From the IMG/VR virus record IMGVR_UViG_3300028559_000005: a stretch of DNA of 64,000 nt; one strand, written 5' to 3'. A program made the position numbers and the translations under genes. Origin of the DNA: a virus. Taxonomy: Duplodnaviria > Heunggongvirae > Uroviricota > Caudoviricetes. How positions within the stretch are numbered: position 1 is the first letter of the stretch; each line of letters opens with the position of its first letter. The notes below the pieces were generated by a model. The model did no database searches. It saw nothing but the letters and a program-made list of their open reading frames with translations, and was not told the DNA's origin. This document shows positions 8,403-16,933 of this stretch, in pieces.

Positions 8403-9446
8403 TCAAACCAAATTGATGTCAATCTTCTTCACAGCATTGACTCTTCTCACACTGTGACTGATTCCGCAATATTGTCTACAAGGTCTCATGAGATTTCTTA
8501 TTGGTTCGGCACTGTTCCATAATCGTGTGAGATCACCAGGACTGCTAATCTTGAAACTGGGAAACTGATCAGAAAAACACAAACGGGCAATACCATCCAT
8601 GTTGACCATGATGTTGCGATCAAAACTATTGCATATGGCATCTTCAGTACCGTGTCCGTCCCATCCTGTCACAGCATCTGCATTTTTAAACACACTGCGA
8701 TGATATCGACGTACAGTTTCTATATATTCAGGATCTAGATTCAACTGATATTTTTCTGAACAATGATTCATGATCTCAAACAATGCTTCATGATCGCGGA
8801 TCACATTGTTGTCGTAAAATTTGTCTGGTCTTGGATCGCCATTCTTGTCTAACAATGTGCCAAATGTTGGCTGCAACCAATTCAATTTTAACTTATCTGC
8901 TCCGAGATCATTCAACACAAAGTGGTAAAACTGATCCAGGTCTCGATAGTTCTGTTCGCACATGACCGACATGGCATAGATGGGGGTGTTGCTGTTTAAT
9001 TCTTTTCTTGCCTGCAACAACAACCGAATAGCATTCACTGCCATATCAAATGATCCTGTGACTCCGCGAGTTGAATCATGTACTTCTGGAATGTAACTGT
9101 TTAGCGAAATTGTTATTTCACTAGGACCTTGTGTGATCAATTTCTTGGCAAACGCCAGATCTGTGACCATGGTGCCATTCATCACACTCAAACATTTTAA
9201 TCCTAACTCACGACATTGAGTGGTTATAGGCCAATATCTTTCGGGATTCATCAAGGCTTCGCCGCCACAGATTACCACGGCACCATACGGATTTAAGGAA
9301 CTGAATTCCGTGATGATATCACTGCGTTGTTCTATAGATATGTGTGTGGGTAATACAACTTCTTCTCTGGTCCAATACATGCAGGTCTTGCATTTGAGAT
9401 TGCATTGTAGGTTGATATCTAAGAACAAGAATTTGGGTGGTTGCAT
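8403..9446 (-). CDS. radical SAM domain protein (possible SPASM-type C-terminus)
   Basis: CxxxCxxC cluster CNLKCKTCMYW near the N-terminus. GGE motif VICGGEALMNPERY. Additional C-terminal Cys residues (CNSFDRN...CFSDQ...CRQYC). Confidence 0.65.
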   Translation of the reverse strand: MQPPKFLFLDINLQCNLKCKTCMYWTREEVVLPTHISIEQRSDIITEFSSLNPYGAVVICGGEALMNPERYWPITTQCRELGLKCLSVMNGTMVTDLAFAKKLITQGPSEITISLNSYIPEVHDSTRGVTGSFDMAVNAIRLLLQARKELNSNTPIYAMSVMCEQNYRDLDQFYHFVLNDLGADKLKLNWLQPTFGTLLDKNGDPRPDKFYDNNVIRDHEALFEIMNHCSEKYQLNLDPEYIETVRRYHRSVFKNADAVTGWDGHGTEDAICNSFDRNIMVNMDGIARLCFSDQFPSFKISSPGDLTRLWNSAEPIRNLMRPCRQYCGISHSVRRVNAVKKIDINLV

Positions 9447-10183
9447 TATCTATTTAACACAATATTCTCAGGTCGAACCCCGTGTTCACTGTTGCCGGAC
9501 AACAACCATGCCTTCTCATGTTGGACCTGAATCTGTGGATCTGCCCATACATTATATCCTGCATTTATAGCTCTGTGACAGAACCCTGTATCCTCTGATA
9601 AAAATGCAGTTGTATCATCATCAACTTTGTATTCGACGGGTCGGAAGAATGGGCATTCCATGGATTCAAATACACCTTTTTGCACAGCCATAAAACCCAT
9701 ACCTGTTGCGGCCACTTGGAATCTACTTCCGTTGATTTGTACTAGCTCTCGTGGTAACCACAACAGGTTGGTTTTGCTATCACCATGAATCACAGCCTGT
9801 GCATAAGTTTTATTGTCATGCTGTATATAAAGTCCAGTGACAATCTTGTGTTCGGGGTTGCTGATCAATTGTGCAAGATCAGCAGGTGTCCAGATATTAT
9901 CGTTGTCGATCCAGATGATCCAATCGTAATCTATTGTGCCGTTGAATGGCTGGAAAGTCCTGGGAGGATTGCCAGTGGCACCCAACAACATGTTTCGACA
10001 GTTGTAAATTACCGGCGAATATGCATTTATGGTTATGTATTCTATATTGTTTTTATAAAGCCAACGAATAGTGTCATTCCATGCGGCCATCCAATTTTTA
10101 CTGAATGATTGCCCTGGGAAACAAAAAATCAATTTCATTTTAAATATTAGCTCTATTATATATTTAAATTGATTTAGTACCAA
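9446..10183 (-). CDS. putative glycosyltransferase (GT-A-like)
   Basis: DxD-like WIDNDNIW and EDTGFCHRAINAGYNVW segments. Stop/start is coupled with the upstream radical SAM gene. Assignment is tentative. Confidence 0.35.
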   Translation of the reverse strand: MVLNQFKYIIELIFKMKLIFCFPGQSFSKNWMAAWNDTIRWLYKNNIEYITINAYSPVIYNCRNMLLGATGNPPRTFQPFNGTIDYDWIIWIDNDNIWTPADLAQLISNPEHKIVTGLYIQHDNKTYAQAVIHGDSKTNLLWLPRELVQINGSRFQVAATGMGFMAVQKGVFESMECPFFRPVEYKVDDDTTAFLSEDTGFCHRAINAGYNVWADPQIQVQHEKAWLLSGNSEHGVRPENIVLNR

Positions 10184-10198
10184 CTAATAAATATTCTT

Positions 10199-10501
10199 GT
10201 GCTACGAACAAAACAACATATACCATTAAATCTACGACGCAGGATCATTGAACGCGATGGCGTGTATTGTGTGTACTGTGATGAAGATCTCACAGATGCT
10301 GAGATCCATATGGATCATGTTATACCTGAATCTCGAGGTGGAGCAACCACTTACGACAATCTACAAGTGACTTGTCGTAAGTGTAATCTAGCAAAGGGTG
10401 TGCTGTCCGAAGCTGAATTCTCTAATAGATTGAGAACTCGGGCAATGAACATCCTTTACAGGCTTGGTCCTACAACAGACCTTCCGCAGTCAACACAGTG
10501 A
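10199..10501 (+). CDS. HNH endonuclease
   Basis: CVYCDEDL...HMDHVIPESRGGATTYDNLQVTCRKCNLAKG is a classic HNH motif. Small plus-strand ORF inserted among minus-strand genes. Confidence 0.8.
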   Translation: MLRTKQHIPLNLRRRIIERDGVYCVYCDEDLTDAEIHMDHVIPESRGGATTYDNLQVTCRKCNLAKGVLSEAEFSNRLRTRAMNILYRLGPTTDLPQSTQ

Positions 10502-11054
10502 CCACATCTGCACTGAGTTCGATTTCAGTGCGAACGTTGATTTCCAACAATTCATCTTGCAATTTTTGTTTGGCTTTCTTGCCCATACTCACTGCTGTAC
10601 GGAATCCAGCAATGTCTTCCGCTGTGAAGATAGAAGTATCCACAGTGACATCATGTCCGTAATACAAACTACGAGCGTCTTCCTTGCGATTACGAATTTT
10701 TTCTATCTTACCGGCAACAACCTCCATGCTATCACGTGTACTTTTACCAGCCAATTCGGCAAGATACTGAATCTTTTTGTCCAGCAGGGCCACATCAGCC
10801 AATTTGATATCAACACCCTGGGCACTGTTAGCCTGGCTCACAGCCTTACGGATATCATACAGACTGTTTAGCAGCCCACGATGGCGGTCTTGCTTGATAG
10901 CAAAATCCTGACGATAGTTGGCGATTACATCTTCGGCAACTTGGAATTCGTTGATTTTGACTTCAGTGTCAAATTTAATACTTTTGATTGCATCCTGGAT
11001 AGACAGTTGCAATGCGTTAGCTTTGCGTAGATTGATTTTCATAATTTCTTTCAT
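10470..11054 (-). CDS. hypothetical protein (194 aa)
   Basis: Long coiled-coil-like ORF on the dominant strand. No motif. Confidence 0.4.
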   Translation of the reverse strand: MKEIMKINLRKANALQLSIQDAIKSIKFDTEVKINEFQVAEDVIANYRQDFAIKQDRHRGLLNSLYDIRKAVSQANSAQGVDIKLADVALLDKKIQYLAELAGKSTRDSMEVVAGKIEKIRNRKEDARSLYYGHDVTVDTSIFTAEDIAGFRTAVSMGKKAKQKLQDELLEINVRTEIELSADVVTVLTAEGLL

Positions 11055-11359
11055 TAAACAATAAGGGCGGCAAGACCCAAGTCAAGTCACAGACTAAGCA
11101 AGGTGCAATATGCAACATGCAAAGTACAAACCACAGTGGCCTGCGTATGTCCGGTTATCAAAGTGCAAATGTCTATAATAAGTCCGGTTCACACAAGCAC
11201 GATCCAAGTTTCCTTGGAGGCCAATTTTGTTCAGCTGTTCAGGCTGGTGTTGGCATGAAGCCAACGTTTGTCTGTGCTAATCTACTTGGTTCTTGCCAGT
11301 CAACTCGCGTTGACAAAAACAATTATATACAAAACAGCGATGTAAATCAACTGTTTTGG

Positions 11360-11842
11360 TTAAGCTGCTCGACGATTGCTCAACACCCAATCCATCCTAT
11401 CTGCTGCATAGCTAGCAGCAAAGGCCCGGGGCTTGACCATTGGAATCACATTGCAAGTGCCTTTGATGTAACCAATTGCTTGGTTTACCACCACAGAACT
11501 TTTGTGCATCTGATCTGGATTGATGTCCAAGTGTACTTCCACAAGACGGTCTTCAAGTACATCACTCATCTTTTGGAACAGTTCGGAAACTTTGTATACT
11601 TCGTTCATGAGTCGCATGGCAGGTTTGTCGCTGCGTTGATCCCAGTCACGTTCACGTTGTACTTCACCAAAGATTTTGCAACCATGGCAGCTATCAATGT
11701 GTACAACCACTGCCAGAGCATAGTCTGCGTACCATACGCCATTGACCTTTACTCGTTCGCTGTCGCAACCCAGATAGACCGCAGTTTCTGGACTTTGAGC
11801 AGTGATAAATTCTTTGACCTCGGTCATGTCCATTTTTTTCAT
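11360..11842 (-). CDS. hypothetical protein (160 aa)
   Basis: Minus-strand ORF preferred over the overlapping plus-strand 292-aa shadow ORF. Weak RNase H-like/DUF458-like impression only. Confidence 0.4.
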   Translation of the reverse strand: MKKMDMTEVKEFITAQSPETAVYLGCDSERVKVNGVWYADYALAVVVHIDSCHGCKIFGEVQRERDWDQRSDKPAMRLMNEVYKVSELFQKMSDVLEDRLVEVHLDINPDQMHKSSVVVNQAIGYIKGTCNVIPMVKPRAFAASYAADRMDWVLSNRRAA

Positions 11843-11859
11843 GATTCACTTTCTTTGAT

Positions 11860-11936
11860 TGGCGCACCGTGTACGATTCGAACGTACAACATTTGGTTTT
11901 GGAGACCAACGTTCTGCCAATTGGAACTAACGATGC
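11860..11936 (-). tRNA. tRNA-Trp (anticodon CCA)
   Basis: GCATCGT acceptor. Anticodon loop CTCCAAA. T-loop TTCGAAT. Encoded CCA. Confidence 0.7.
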
Positions 11937-11943
11937 ATATTTT

Positions 11944-12035
11944 TGGTACCAGCGGAGAGACTCGAACTCTCTCAAGAACGCTAATCTGGCGCTAAAAGGC
12001 TTATAAGACCTCTCTGACTACCCAGTCTCGCTGGC
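11944..12035 (-). tRNA. type II (long variable arm) tRNA, apparent anticodon TAT, identity unresolved
   Basis: 92 nt. Acceptor GCCAGCG/CGCTGGT with encoded CCA. 3-bp D stem. Anticodon arm GAGGT-CTTATAA-GCCTT. About 20-nt variable arm. T-arm GAGAG-TTCGAGT-CTCTC. Confidence 0.45.
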
Positions 12036-12041
12036 ATTGTC

Positions 12042-12116
12042 TGGTGCGGCTAGCAGGAATCGAACCCACATTCACGGTGTAGAAGACCGCTGTATTATCC
12101 GTTATACTATAGCCGC
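12042..12116 (-). tRNA. tRNA-Arg (anticodon TCT)
   Basis: Anticodon arm GCGGT-CTTCTAC-ACCGT. T-loop TTCGATT. Encoded CCA. Confidence 0.65.
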
Positions 12117-12178
12117 AAATTTAATGAATGAACGCCAGATAAATTTACTTTGGTATCCTCTGTAAATTTACTTTGATA

Positions 12179-12221
12179 TTGGTACGAGAGACGGGATTCG
12201 AACCCGTACGCTCGAAACAAA
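12179..12221 (-). pseudogene. tRNA 3'-half remnant (T-arm, acceptor 3' strand, CCA) without a 5' half
   Basis: RNA-sense ACGGG-TTCGAAT-CCCGT-CTCTCGT-A-CCA, immediately 3' of tRNA-Leu(TAA). No D or anticodon arm. Confidence 0.45.
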
Positions 12222-12222
12222 A

Positions 12223-12306
12223 TGGTGCGACTGACCGGACTCGAACCGGTACGAGAAACTCGAGGGATTTTAAGTCCCTTGCGGCTACCAATTACGCCAC
12301 AGTCGC
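12223..12306 (-). tRNA. tRNA-Leu (anticodon TAA), type II
   Basis: Anticodon arm AGGGA-CTTAAAA-TCCCT. Variable arm CGAGTTTCTCGTA. T-arm CCGG-TTCGAGT-CCGG. Encoded CCA. Confidence 0.7.
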
Positions 12307-12312
12307 ATTGTT

Positions 12313-12387
12313 TGGTCTCGGTGGCAGAGCTCGAATCTGCCATTCATGGTCCCAAACCACGTGTGTCGCCATCAACACCTCACCGAG
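12313..12387 (-). tRNA. tRNA-Pro (anticodon TGG)
   Basis: Acceptor CTCGGTG/CACCGAG. Anticodon arm CGTGG-TTTGGGA-CCATG. Encoded CCA. Confidence 0.6.
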
Positions 12388-12394
12388 TATTAAC

Positions 12395-12472
12395 TGGAGC
12401 AACGGGAGGGATTTGAACCCCCGGTTTTCAGGATTTGCAATCCCGTGCATTGGACCTCTCTGCCACCGTTGC
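12395..12472 (-). tRNA. tRNA-Cys (anticodon GCA)
   Basis: Anticodon arm CGGGA-TTGCAAA-TCCTG. T-arm GGGGG-TTCAAAT-CCCTC. Encoded CCA. Overlaps the 3' end of the hldD ORF call. Confidence 0.65.
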
Positions 12473-13219
12473 GTTAAACTTGCTCATATCAGCACAGGTG
12501 TACTTTTGATATGAGTCTTTTAAATTGTCGGGCATGGGGATTGTTTCAACAGGTACGTTAAAACTTTTTGCCACATCCATAAAACTCATGGTCTTTCCAG
12601 TACCCAAGTTCCATAGGCCACTAGGTGTATTATACAAGAAATCCAAGTGTGTGTCGACTAGTTTAGACACATGAACAAAGTCTCTTAGATAATATTCACT
12701 GCCTTCGAAAACTTGTATACAGCCGTTTGTTTCAGCTTGGCGTTTAAATTGCATAAACGGACTAGCTTGATTGCCTTTGTGTTCTTCGCCTTCAGGTCCG
12801 TACACATTAAAATAACGGAAACCTTGTACAACACTCCCACTTGGATGATCGCGTACATAACGTTCAAACAAGTATTTGCTCCACGCATAAGGAGTACGTG
12901 GGTCAACCGGAGCGTCTTCTCTAAATGTACTGGTTAACCCGTAAACACTTGCACTGCTTGCGTATTGGAAATTAACGCCATATGTTTTACAAGCATCGTA
13001 TAGTTGTCGACTAAAATCAAAATTTTGTCGCATTACTTTGTCTATGTCTCTTTCGGTAGTGCTGCTGATAGCACCAAGGTGAATCACCCAATCTTGTTCC
13101 ATCACGCTGGGCAAACTGTCTCCCCAGTCGTATGTTGATACACAGTGTCCAGCAGCCTCCAGTGCTGTCAGCACATGACTACCAATAAAACCTTTATAGC
13201 CGGTTAACAGTATGTTCAT
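12428..13219 (-). CDS. hldD: ADP-L-glycero-D-manno-heptose 6-epimerase (HldD/RfaD-like)
   Basis: NILLTGYKGFIGSH Rossmann motif. ASSASVYG, YAWSKYLFE (YxxxK) and GFRYFNVYGP...HKG segments align with E. coli HldD. Confidence 0.7.
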   Translation of the reverse strand: MNILLTGYKGFIGSHVLTALEAAGHCVSTYDWGDSLPSVMEQDWVIHLGAISSTTERDIDKVMRQNFDFSRQLYDACKTYGVNFQYASSASVYGLTSTFREDAPVDPRTPYAWSKYLFERYVRDHPSGSVVQGFRYFNVYGPEGEEHKGNQASPFMQFKRQAETNGCIQVFEGSEYYLRDFVHVSKLVDTHLDFLYNTPSGLWNLGTGKTMSFMDVAKSFNVPVETIPMPDNLKDSYQKYTCADMSKFNATVAERSNARDCKS

Positions 13220-13575
13220 TTTTGATTGTCGCCTTTGCCCACACGATAGTTGTCTTCCACACTGTCTGCTGTGCTGACTTCAATAACTGTGCCTTCTTCG
13301 ATGCATATCAACTGATGAGGCGCTAACGGTTTGTTGCGCCAAGTGTCGCCTGGTTTAAGTGTTGTGGTTGTTTGATCAGCATTTGTAGTGTCAATACTGA
13401 TCACAGTGAACAATCCGTCCAACACATACCATGTTTCGTCTTTGATAGCATGAAAATGCATGCTGAACTTGGCACCTTTGTTAAACTTCATAAGTTTGCC
13501 ACAGTATAGGTCGTTAGTGGCCCAAATTAGTTCGTGGCCCCATCCCTTTGCTACATAACCTTGTAATTGTGTCAT
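13216..13575 (-). CDS. cupin-domain protein (119 aa)
   Basis: Cupin His motif GAKFSMHFHAIKDETWYVLDG. Sits inside the heptose gene block. Possibly a sugar isomerase or epimerase. Confidence 0.45.
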   Translation of the reverse strand: MTQLQGYVAKGWGHELIWATNDLYCGKLMKFNKGAKFSMHFHAIKDETWYVLDGLFTVISIDTTNADQTTTTLKPGDTWRNKPLAPHQLICIEEGTVIEVSTADSVEDNYRVGKGDNQK

Positions 13576-14333
13576 CCTATTTCCTTTAATGTTGGAGCAT
13601 AAACCCCTGAATGCTGCACAGTAACCGCACTCGCCAGGTTGGCAAATTTAATTGCTTTTTCAATGTCTCCAGTGTCAAGGTACTGATAAGTTAACGCTGC
13701 TAGAAAGGTATCACCTGCTCCAGTTACATCTACTACTTCTACACTGTGCGAAGATACATCTATACTATGATGTATTGCACTAGCACCTCGACTGCCTCGT
13801 GTGACGATTAGACCTGAACATTCACTTTTAATTTTGCTATGTTCTAATTCGTTGATCTTGACCCATGCGCCTTGGAATCTCTCAAGGTCAGATTTCTTAG
13901 TATCGATAAAGATAGGAATACTCAATGCAATAAGTTCTTCAATTAGTTCGTAACTAACAGTTCCTTTATTATAATCACTGATTACAATAGCATCGTACAT
14001 GTCGGGGATATCTGTATCAAATGTAATGGGAGTTGACTGAACGTCTCTATCTATACGAACAATCTGTTGTTTACTACGCTCGTCGATAAGTCTAGTTTTA
14101 ACACTTGTTTCACCGTGCAAGTAGTCAACATAGCAACCCAGTGCTTTTAAGTTGTTAGCTACATTACCAGCCATGCCAGCACGTTCTTCTGTACGAGTAG
14201 GAACAAATACAGGAACAGGTGCTTCGGGACTTAACCTATCAATAGTACCATATTGGTACACATCAGTACAGTTATCGCCTATTAGCAATATCTTGAATTG
14301 TTTTTGTTGTTGAGTATTCACCGACTCTATCAT
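13572..14333 (-). CDS. D-glycero-beta-D-manno-heptose-7-phosphate kinase domain (HldE N-terminal / HldA-like, PfkB family)
   Basis: ISPEAPVPV and DVTGAGDT motifs. FKILLIGDNCTDVY N-terminus parallels the HldE kinase domain. Confidence 0.7.
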   Translation of the reverse strand: MIESVNTQQQKQFKILLIGDNCTDVYQYGTIDRLSPEAPVPVFVPTRTEERAGMAGNVANNLKALGCYVDYLHGETSVKTRLIDERSKQQIVRIDRDVQSTPITFDTDIPDMYDAIVISDYNKGTVSYELIEELIALSIPIFIDTKKSDLERFQGAWVKINELEHSKIKSECSGLIVTRGSRGASAIHHSIDVSSHSVEVVDVTGAGDTFLAALTYQYLDTGDIEKAIKFANLASAVTVQHSGVYAPTLKEIG

Positions 14334-14724
14334 AAAATATCACTTGATTAACATGTTCTTGTGCCACTACGCTCTTACCTTGCCAGTCACTGCCTTTGAC
14401 CATGATGTCTGGTTTATATTCTTTCATTATATCTATCAGTTGTTCTTTGCTATCAAAGAAGTAAACAGTGTTAACACATTTTAAACTTTCTAACATATAT
14501 CGTCTATCATCTTGATTATTAATAGGCCGATTTTCACCTTTAAGTTCTTTTACTCTTCGATCTGTATCAATTGCCACTAACAGATGATCGCCGAGACTTT
14601 TTGCGTGTTGTAACATCATTAGATGTCCACGATGCAATATATCAAATGTTCCGTTTACTATTACTTTGGTCATGTTATTTGGTACCTGGTGACGGGATCG
14701 AACCGCCCACACCCGGATTTTCAA
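14272..14724 (-). CDS. D-glycero-beta-D-manno-heptose-1-phosphate adenylyltransferase domain (HldE C-terminal / HldC-like cytidylyltransferase fold)
   Basis: NGTFDILHRGHLMMLQHAKSLGDHLLVAIDTD...GENRPIN matches the HldE domain II (GCFDILHAGH...SRP) pattern. Confidence 0.7.
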   Translation of the reverse strand: MKIRVWAVRSRHQVPNNMTKVIVNGTFDILHRGHLMMLQHAKSLGDHLLVAIDTDRRVKELKGENRPINNQDDRRYMLESLKCVNTVYFFDSKEQLIDIMKEYKPDIMVKGSDWQGKSVVAQEHVNQVIFYDRVGEYSTTKTIQDIANRR

Positions 14725-14755
14725 TCCGGTGCTCTACCTACTGAGCTATCTTGGC
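14680..14755 (-). tRNA. tRNA-Phe (anticodon GAA), acceptor stem poorly paired
   Basis: GCCAAGATAGCTCAGTAGGTAGAGC 5' half is E. coli Phe-like. Anticodon arm CCGGA-TTGAAAA-TCCGG. The 3' strand ACCAGGT-A-CCA mispairs at 3 of 7 positions, so it may be degenerate. Confidence 0.5.
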
Positions 14756-14761
14756 AATATT

Positions 14762-14835
14762 TGGTACCTCGTTGGAGAATCGAACTCCCGTATCCACCGT
14801 GTAAGGATGGCGTTCTACCATTAAACTACCGAGGC
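14762..14835 (-). tRNA. tRNA-Val (anticodon TAC)
   Basis: Anticodon arm CCATC-CTTACAC-GGTGG. T-loop TTCGATT. Encoded CCA. Confidence 0.55.
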
Positions 14836-15342
14836 CTTGTACTCTCTCAAATACGAATTTCTTTTCGTATTCTTTTTATATCTACTTCCTTGTCCGGCAT
14901 TGCCAAATGTTTCTGTTTGTGTATGACAATTAGGACACAATAATCTTAAATTACTCAATTGATTATTATCGCTGTTACCATCTATGTGATCTAATTGTAA
15001 TACAAGCGGCTTGCTATTCCAGGTATTTTCTTGCCCACATTCAACACAACTATCTCCGCATTTTTCTTTAAGATATCGCTTATAGTTTCCACCAAGTCCT
15101 TGTTCAATTTTAGGAATTGAGACAAACTCCCATTGATATTTTCCAGAACATTCAACTGAACAAAACTTATTTTCAGTGCTATTACTGTGCTCAAACTCTG
15201 CATTACAATACCCACACTCATACAGTCTTTGATTTTTTTTCCTACTCATTGAGTAGCGACTAGGTTTATCTTTGTGTGCTATTTGATGAGCATTTCTAGC
15301 ACGATGATTTTCAAATTCTTTCCCACAGTGGCATTTATACAT
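14821..15342 (-). CDS. HNH homing endonuclease
   Basis: Zn-finger-like CHCGKEF...CGYCNAEF plus HNH motif LQLDHIDGNSDNNQLSNLRLLCPNCH. Embedded in the tRNA array. Confidence 0.75.
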   Translation of the reverse strand: MYKCHCGKEFENHRARNAHQIAHKDKPSRYSMSRKKNQRLYECGYCNAEFEHSNSTENKFCSVECSGKYQWEFVSIPKIEQGLGGNYKRYLKEKCGDSCVECGQENTWNSKPLVLQLDHIDGNSDNNQLSNLRLLCPNCHTQTETFGNAGQGSRYKKNTKRNSYLREYKASVV

Positions 15343-15837
15343 AATATTTCCTTGCTCAACTATTTAGCATGATTGAACAAAAATACTCTCTACCCCTGAG
15401 CTAACCAGGCAGGCTATTCTGAAACACACTCATCACACACCGTATTATAAGCGATCAACCTTATAACCTTATAGGCATCAAAATGTGCTTTAGAATAGTG
15501 GAGGACTGAGAATACATCCTTACCGAGTAACACCTCAGACATTATAGTAAACCTTGCGAGTCTACCTTCTTCTGACTTCCACTAAATCCATATTGCTATG
15601 TAATCTAGTCTGTTACCAACATCGCCGTTTAAAGACAGGCATTAGTCTTGACATCGTATGCTATTCTACGCTTTCTATCCCGTTGACCTTTAGAGCCATT
15701 CACAGTCGCTAAACTGTTACGAAACTTCCTGCATAAACAGATTTCACCTTGCGAGTTACGTCTGACTTGATTACCTTGCGGCTCAAGTATTAGATGCTTT
15801 TCACATACGACCGAGTCAGTCTTTGCATTTTAATCGT

Positions 15838-16160
15838 TAGCGGGAGTTGAACCCGCAGTCGACTCCTTAACAGGGAGTTAGCTTACCATTAGCTTATAAC
15901 AACCTACTGCGATGTGCTGACTCAGTTGCTGCATACTCTTTTGGAATACACAATACAACACACCACGTTCCTTTTGTCTTGCGAACTACTCAGACGTTTT
16001 TTGCGACCAATGTCTGCATATTGCTACGCATCCATCAACCACTTAAACTGCATACAAGCCCTTGAGTGCAACCTCTCGGACACGTACACTACCCTTTCTC
16101 ATACCAATTAACTGGACTGGTTTTGTTGTGAGGTCAGCACCACCTGTTACTCTCTAATGA
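15838..16160 (-). ncRNA. candidate tmRNA-like / structured RNA in a 1.1-kb ORF-free gap (boundaries tentative)
   Basis: Minus-sense ...GACUGCGGGUUCAACUCCCGCUAACGAU carries a T-arm identical over 17 nt to E. coli ssrA (GCGGGUUCAACUCCCGC). A possible 5' partner GUCAUUA lies about 320 nt upstream. A possible tag ORF reads ...ALKGLYAV*. The region 15343-16440 has no ORF of 60 aa or more. Confidence 0.3.
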
Positions 16161-16505
16161 CTTGCGTTACCCTTGCAGGCGCTTGAGCCACTAATTCTTT
16201 CCACAACATCCAGCGTCATTGTTACAACCACCGGTCTTATCAGTGATCGGATCCTCACGGACCTGAATCAGGCTTGCTTAAACGAACTATCTCTAGCGGA
16301 GTTATGTAGGCATACCTCCTTTGGCTGTGTCACCACAGTTATTCTTCATAAACCAGCAAGCTAGCTTATAGGACGTTAAACCGCCCTTGAATCTTATTAT
16401 AACACTGACTGCTGAACTAGTCAACAATCAATGTTACCAAATTTTTATATCCACATACACTGTGCAGGAATCAAACCCGCCGACCAAGCCATAGGCCTAG
16501 CAACT

Positions 16506-16589
16506 TGGTGCCCCAGGTCGGACTCGAACCGACACGCCTTTCGGCACTGGCTTCTAAGACCAGCGTGGCTGCCATTACACCACCGGGGC
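16506..16589 (-). tRNA. tRNA-Leu (anticodon TAG), type II
   Basis: GCCCCGGTGGTGTAATGG... Anticodon loop CTTAGAA. Variable arm GTGCCGAAAGGCGTGT. T-arm CGG-TTCGAGT-CCG. Encoded CCA. Confidence 0.7.
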
Positions 16590-16597
16590 AAATTTCT

Positions 16598-16672
16598 TGG
16601 TGGTCATGGTTGGTATCGATCCAACCTCCTCGCCTTATGAGGGCGGTGCGCATCCATCTACGCCACATGACC
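16598..16672 (-). tRNA. tRNA-Met (anticodon CAT), elongator-like
   Basis: Acceptor GGTCATG/CATGACC. Anticodon loop CTCATAA. T-loop ATCGATA-like. Encoded CCA. Confidence 0.6.
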
Positions 16673-16852
16673 AATAAATACTTGTGTGAGACGCTATCAA
16701 AATCTAACACCACAGGGCTTGAATTTCTATCTAAGCCTAAGTGATCGCGGTGTTTGCTACATCATTGTTTACGATGTGTTTAATGCCCAAGCTCAAATGC
16801 GTTATTTTACCAACGTGAATCTAGCTTTGCGTTTTATAAACAATCTTTAATT

Positions 16853-16929
16853 TGGGGTGTCTGATGGGGATCGAACCCACGCATATCGGAATCACAACCC
16901 GAGGCCTTACCACTTGGCGACAAACACCA
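16853..16929 (-). tRNA. tRNA-His (anticodon GTG) with the extra 5' G at position -1
   Basis: G-GTGTTTG acceptor. Anticodon arm TCGGG-TTGTGAT-TCCGA. T-arm GTGGG-TTCGATC-CCCAT. Encoded CCA. Confidence 0.65.
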
Positions 16930-16933
16930 TAAA

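Noticed and set aside
11117-11995. 292-aa plus-strand ORF
   Set aside because: It overlaps a motif-bearing minus-strand ORF and a tRNA. It is low-complexity and on the strand opposite to all neighbours. Treated as a shadow ORF.
12173-12514. ORFs 12173..12514 and 12222..12416 (+), 16505..16744, 18578..18802, 19635..19952, 8042..8371
   Set aside because: They are composed of tRNA gene sequence (translations such as GFEPV, TGLEP). They are artefacts of reading through tRNA genes.
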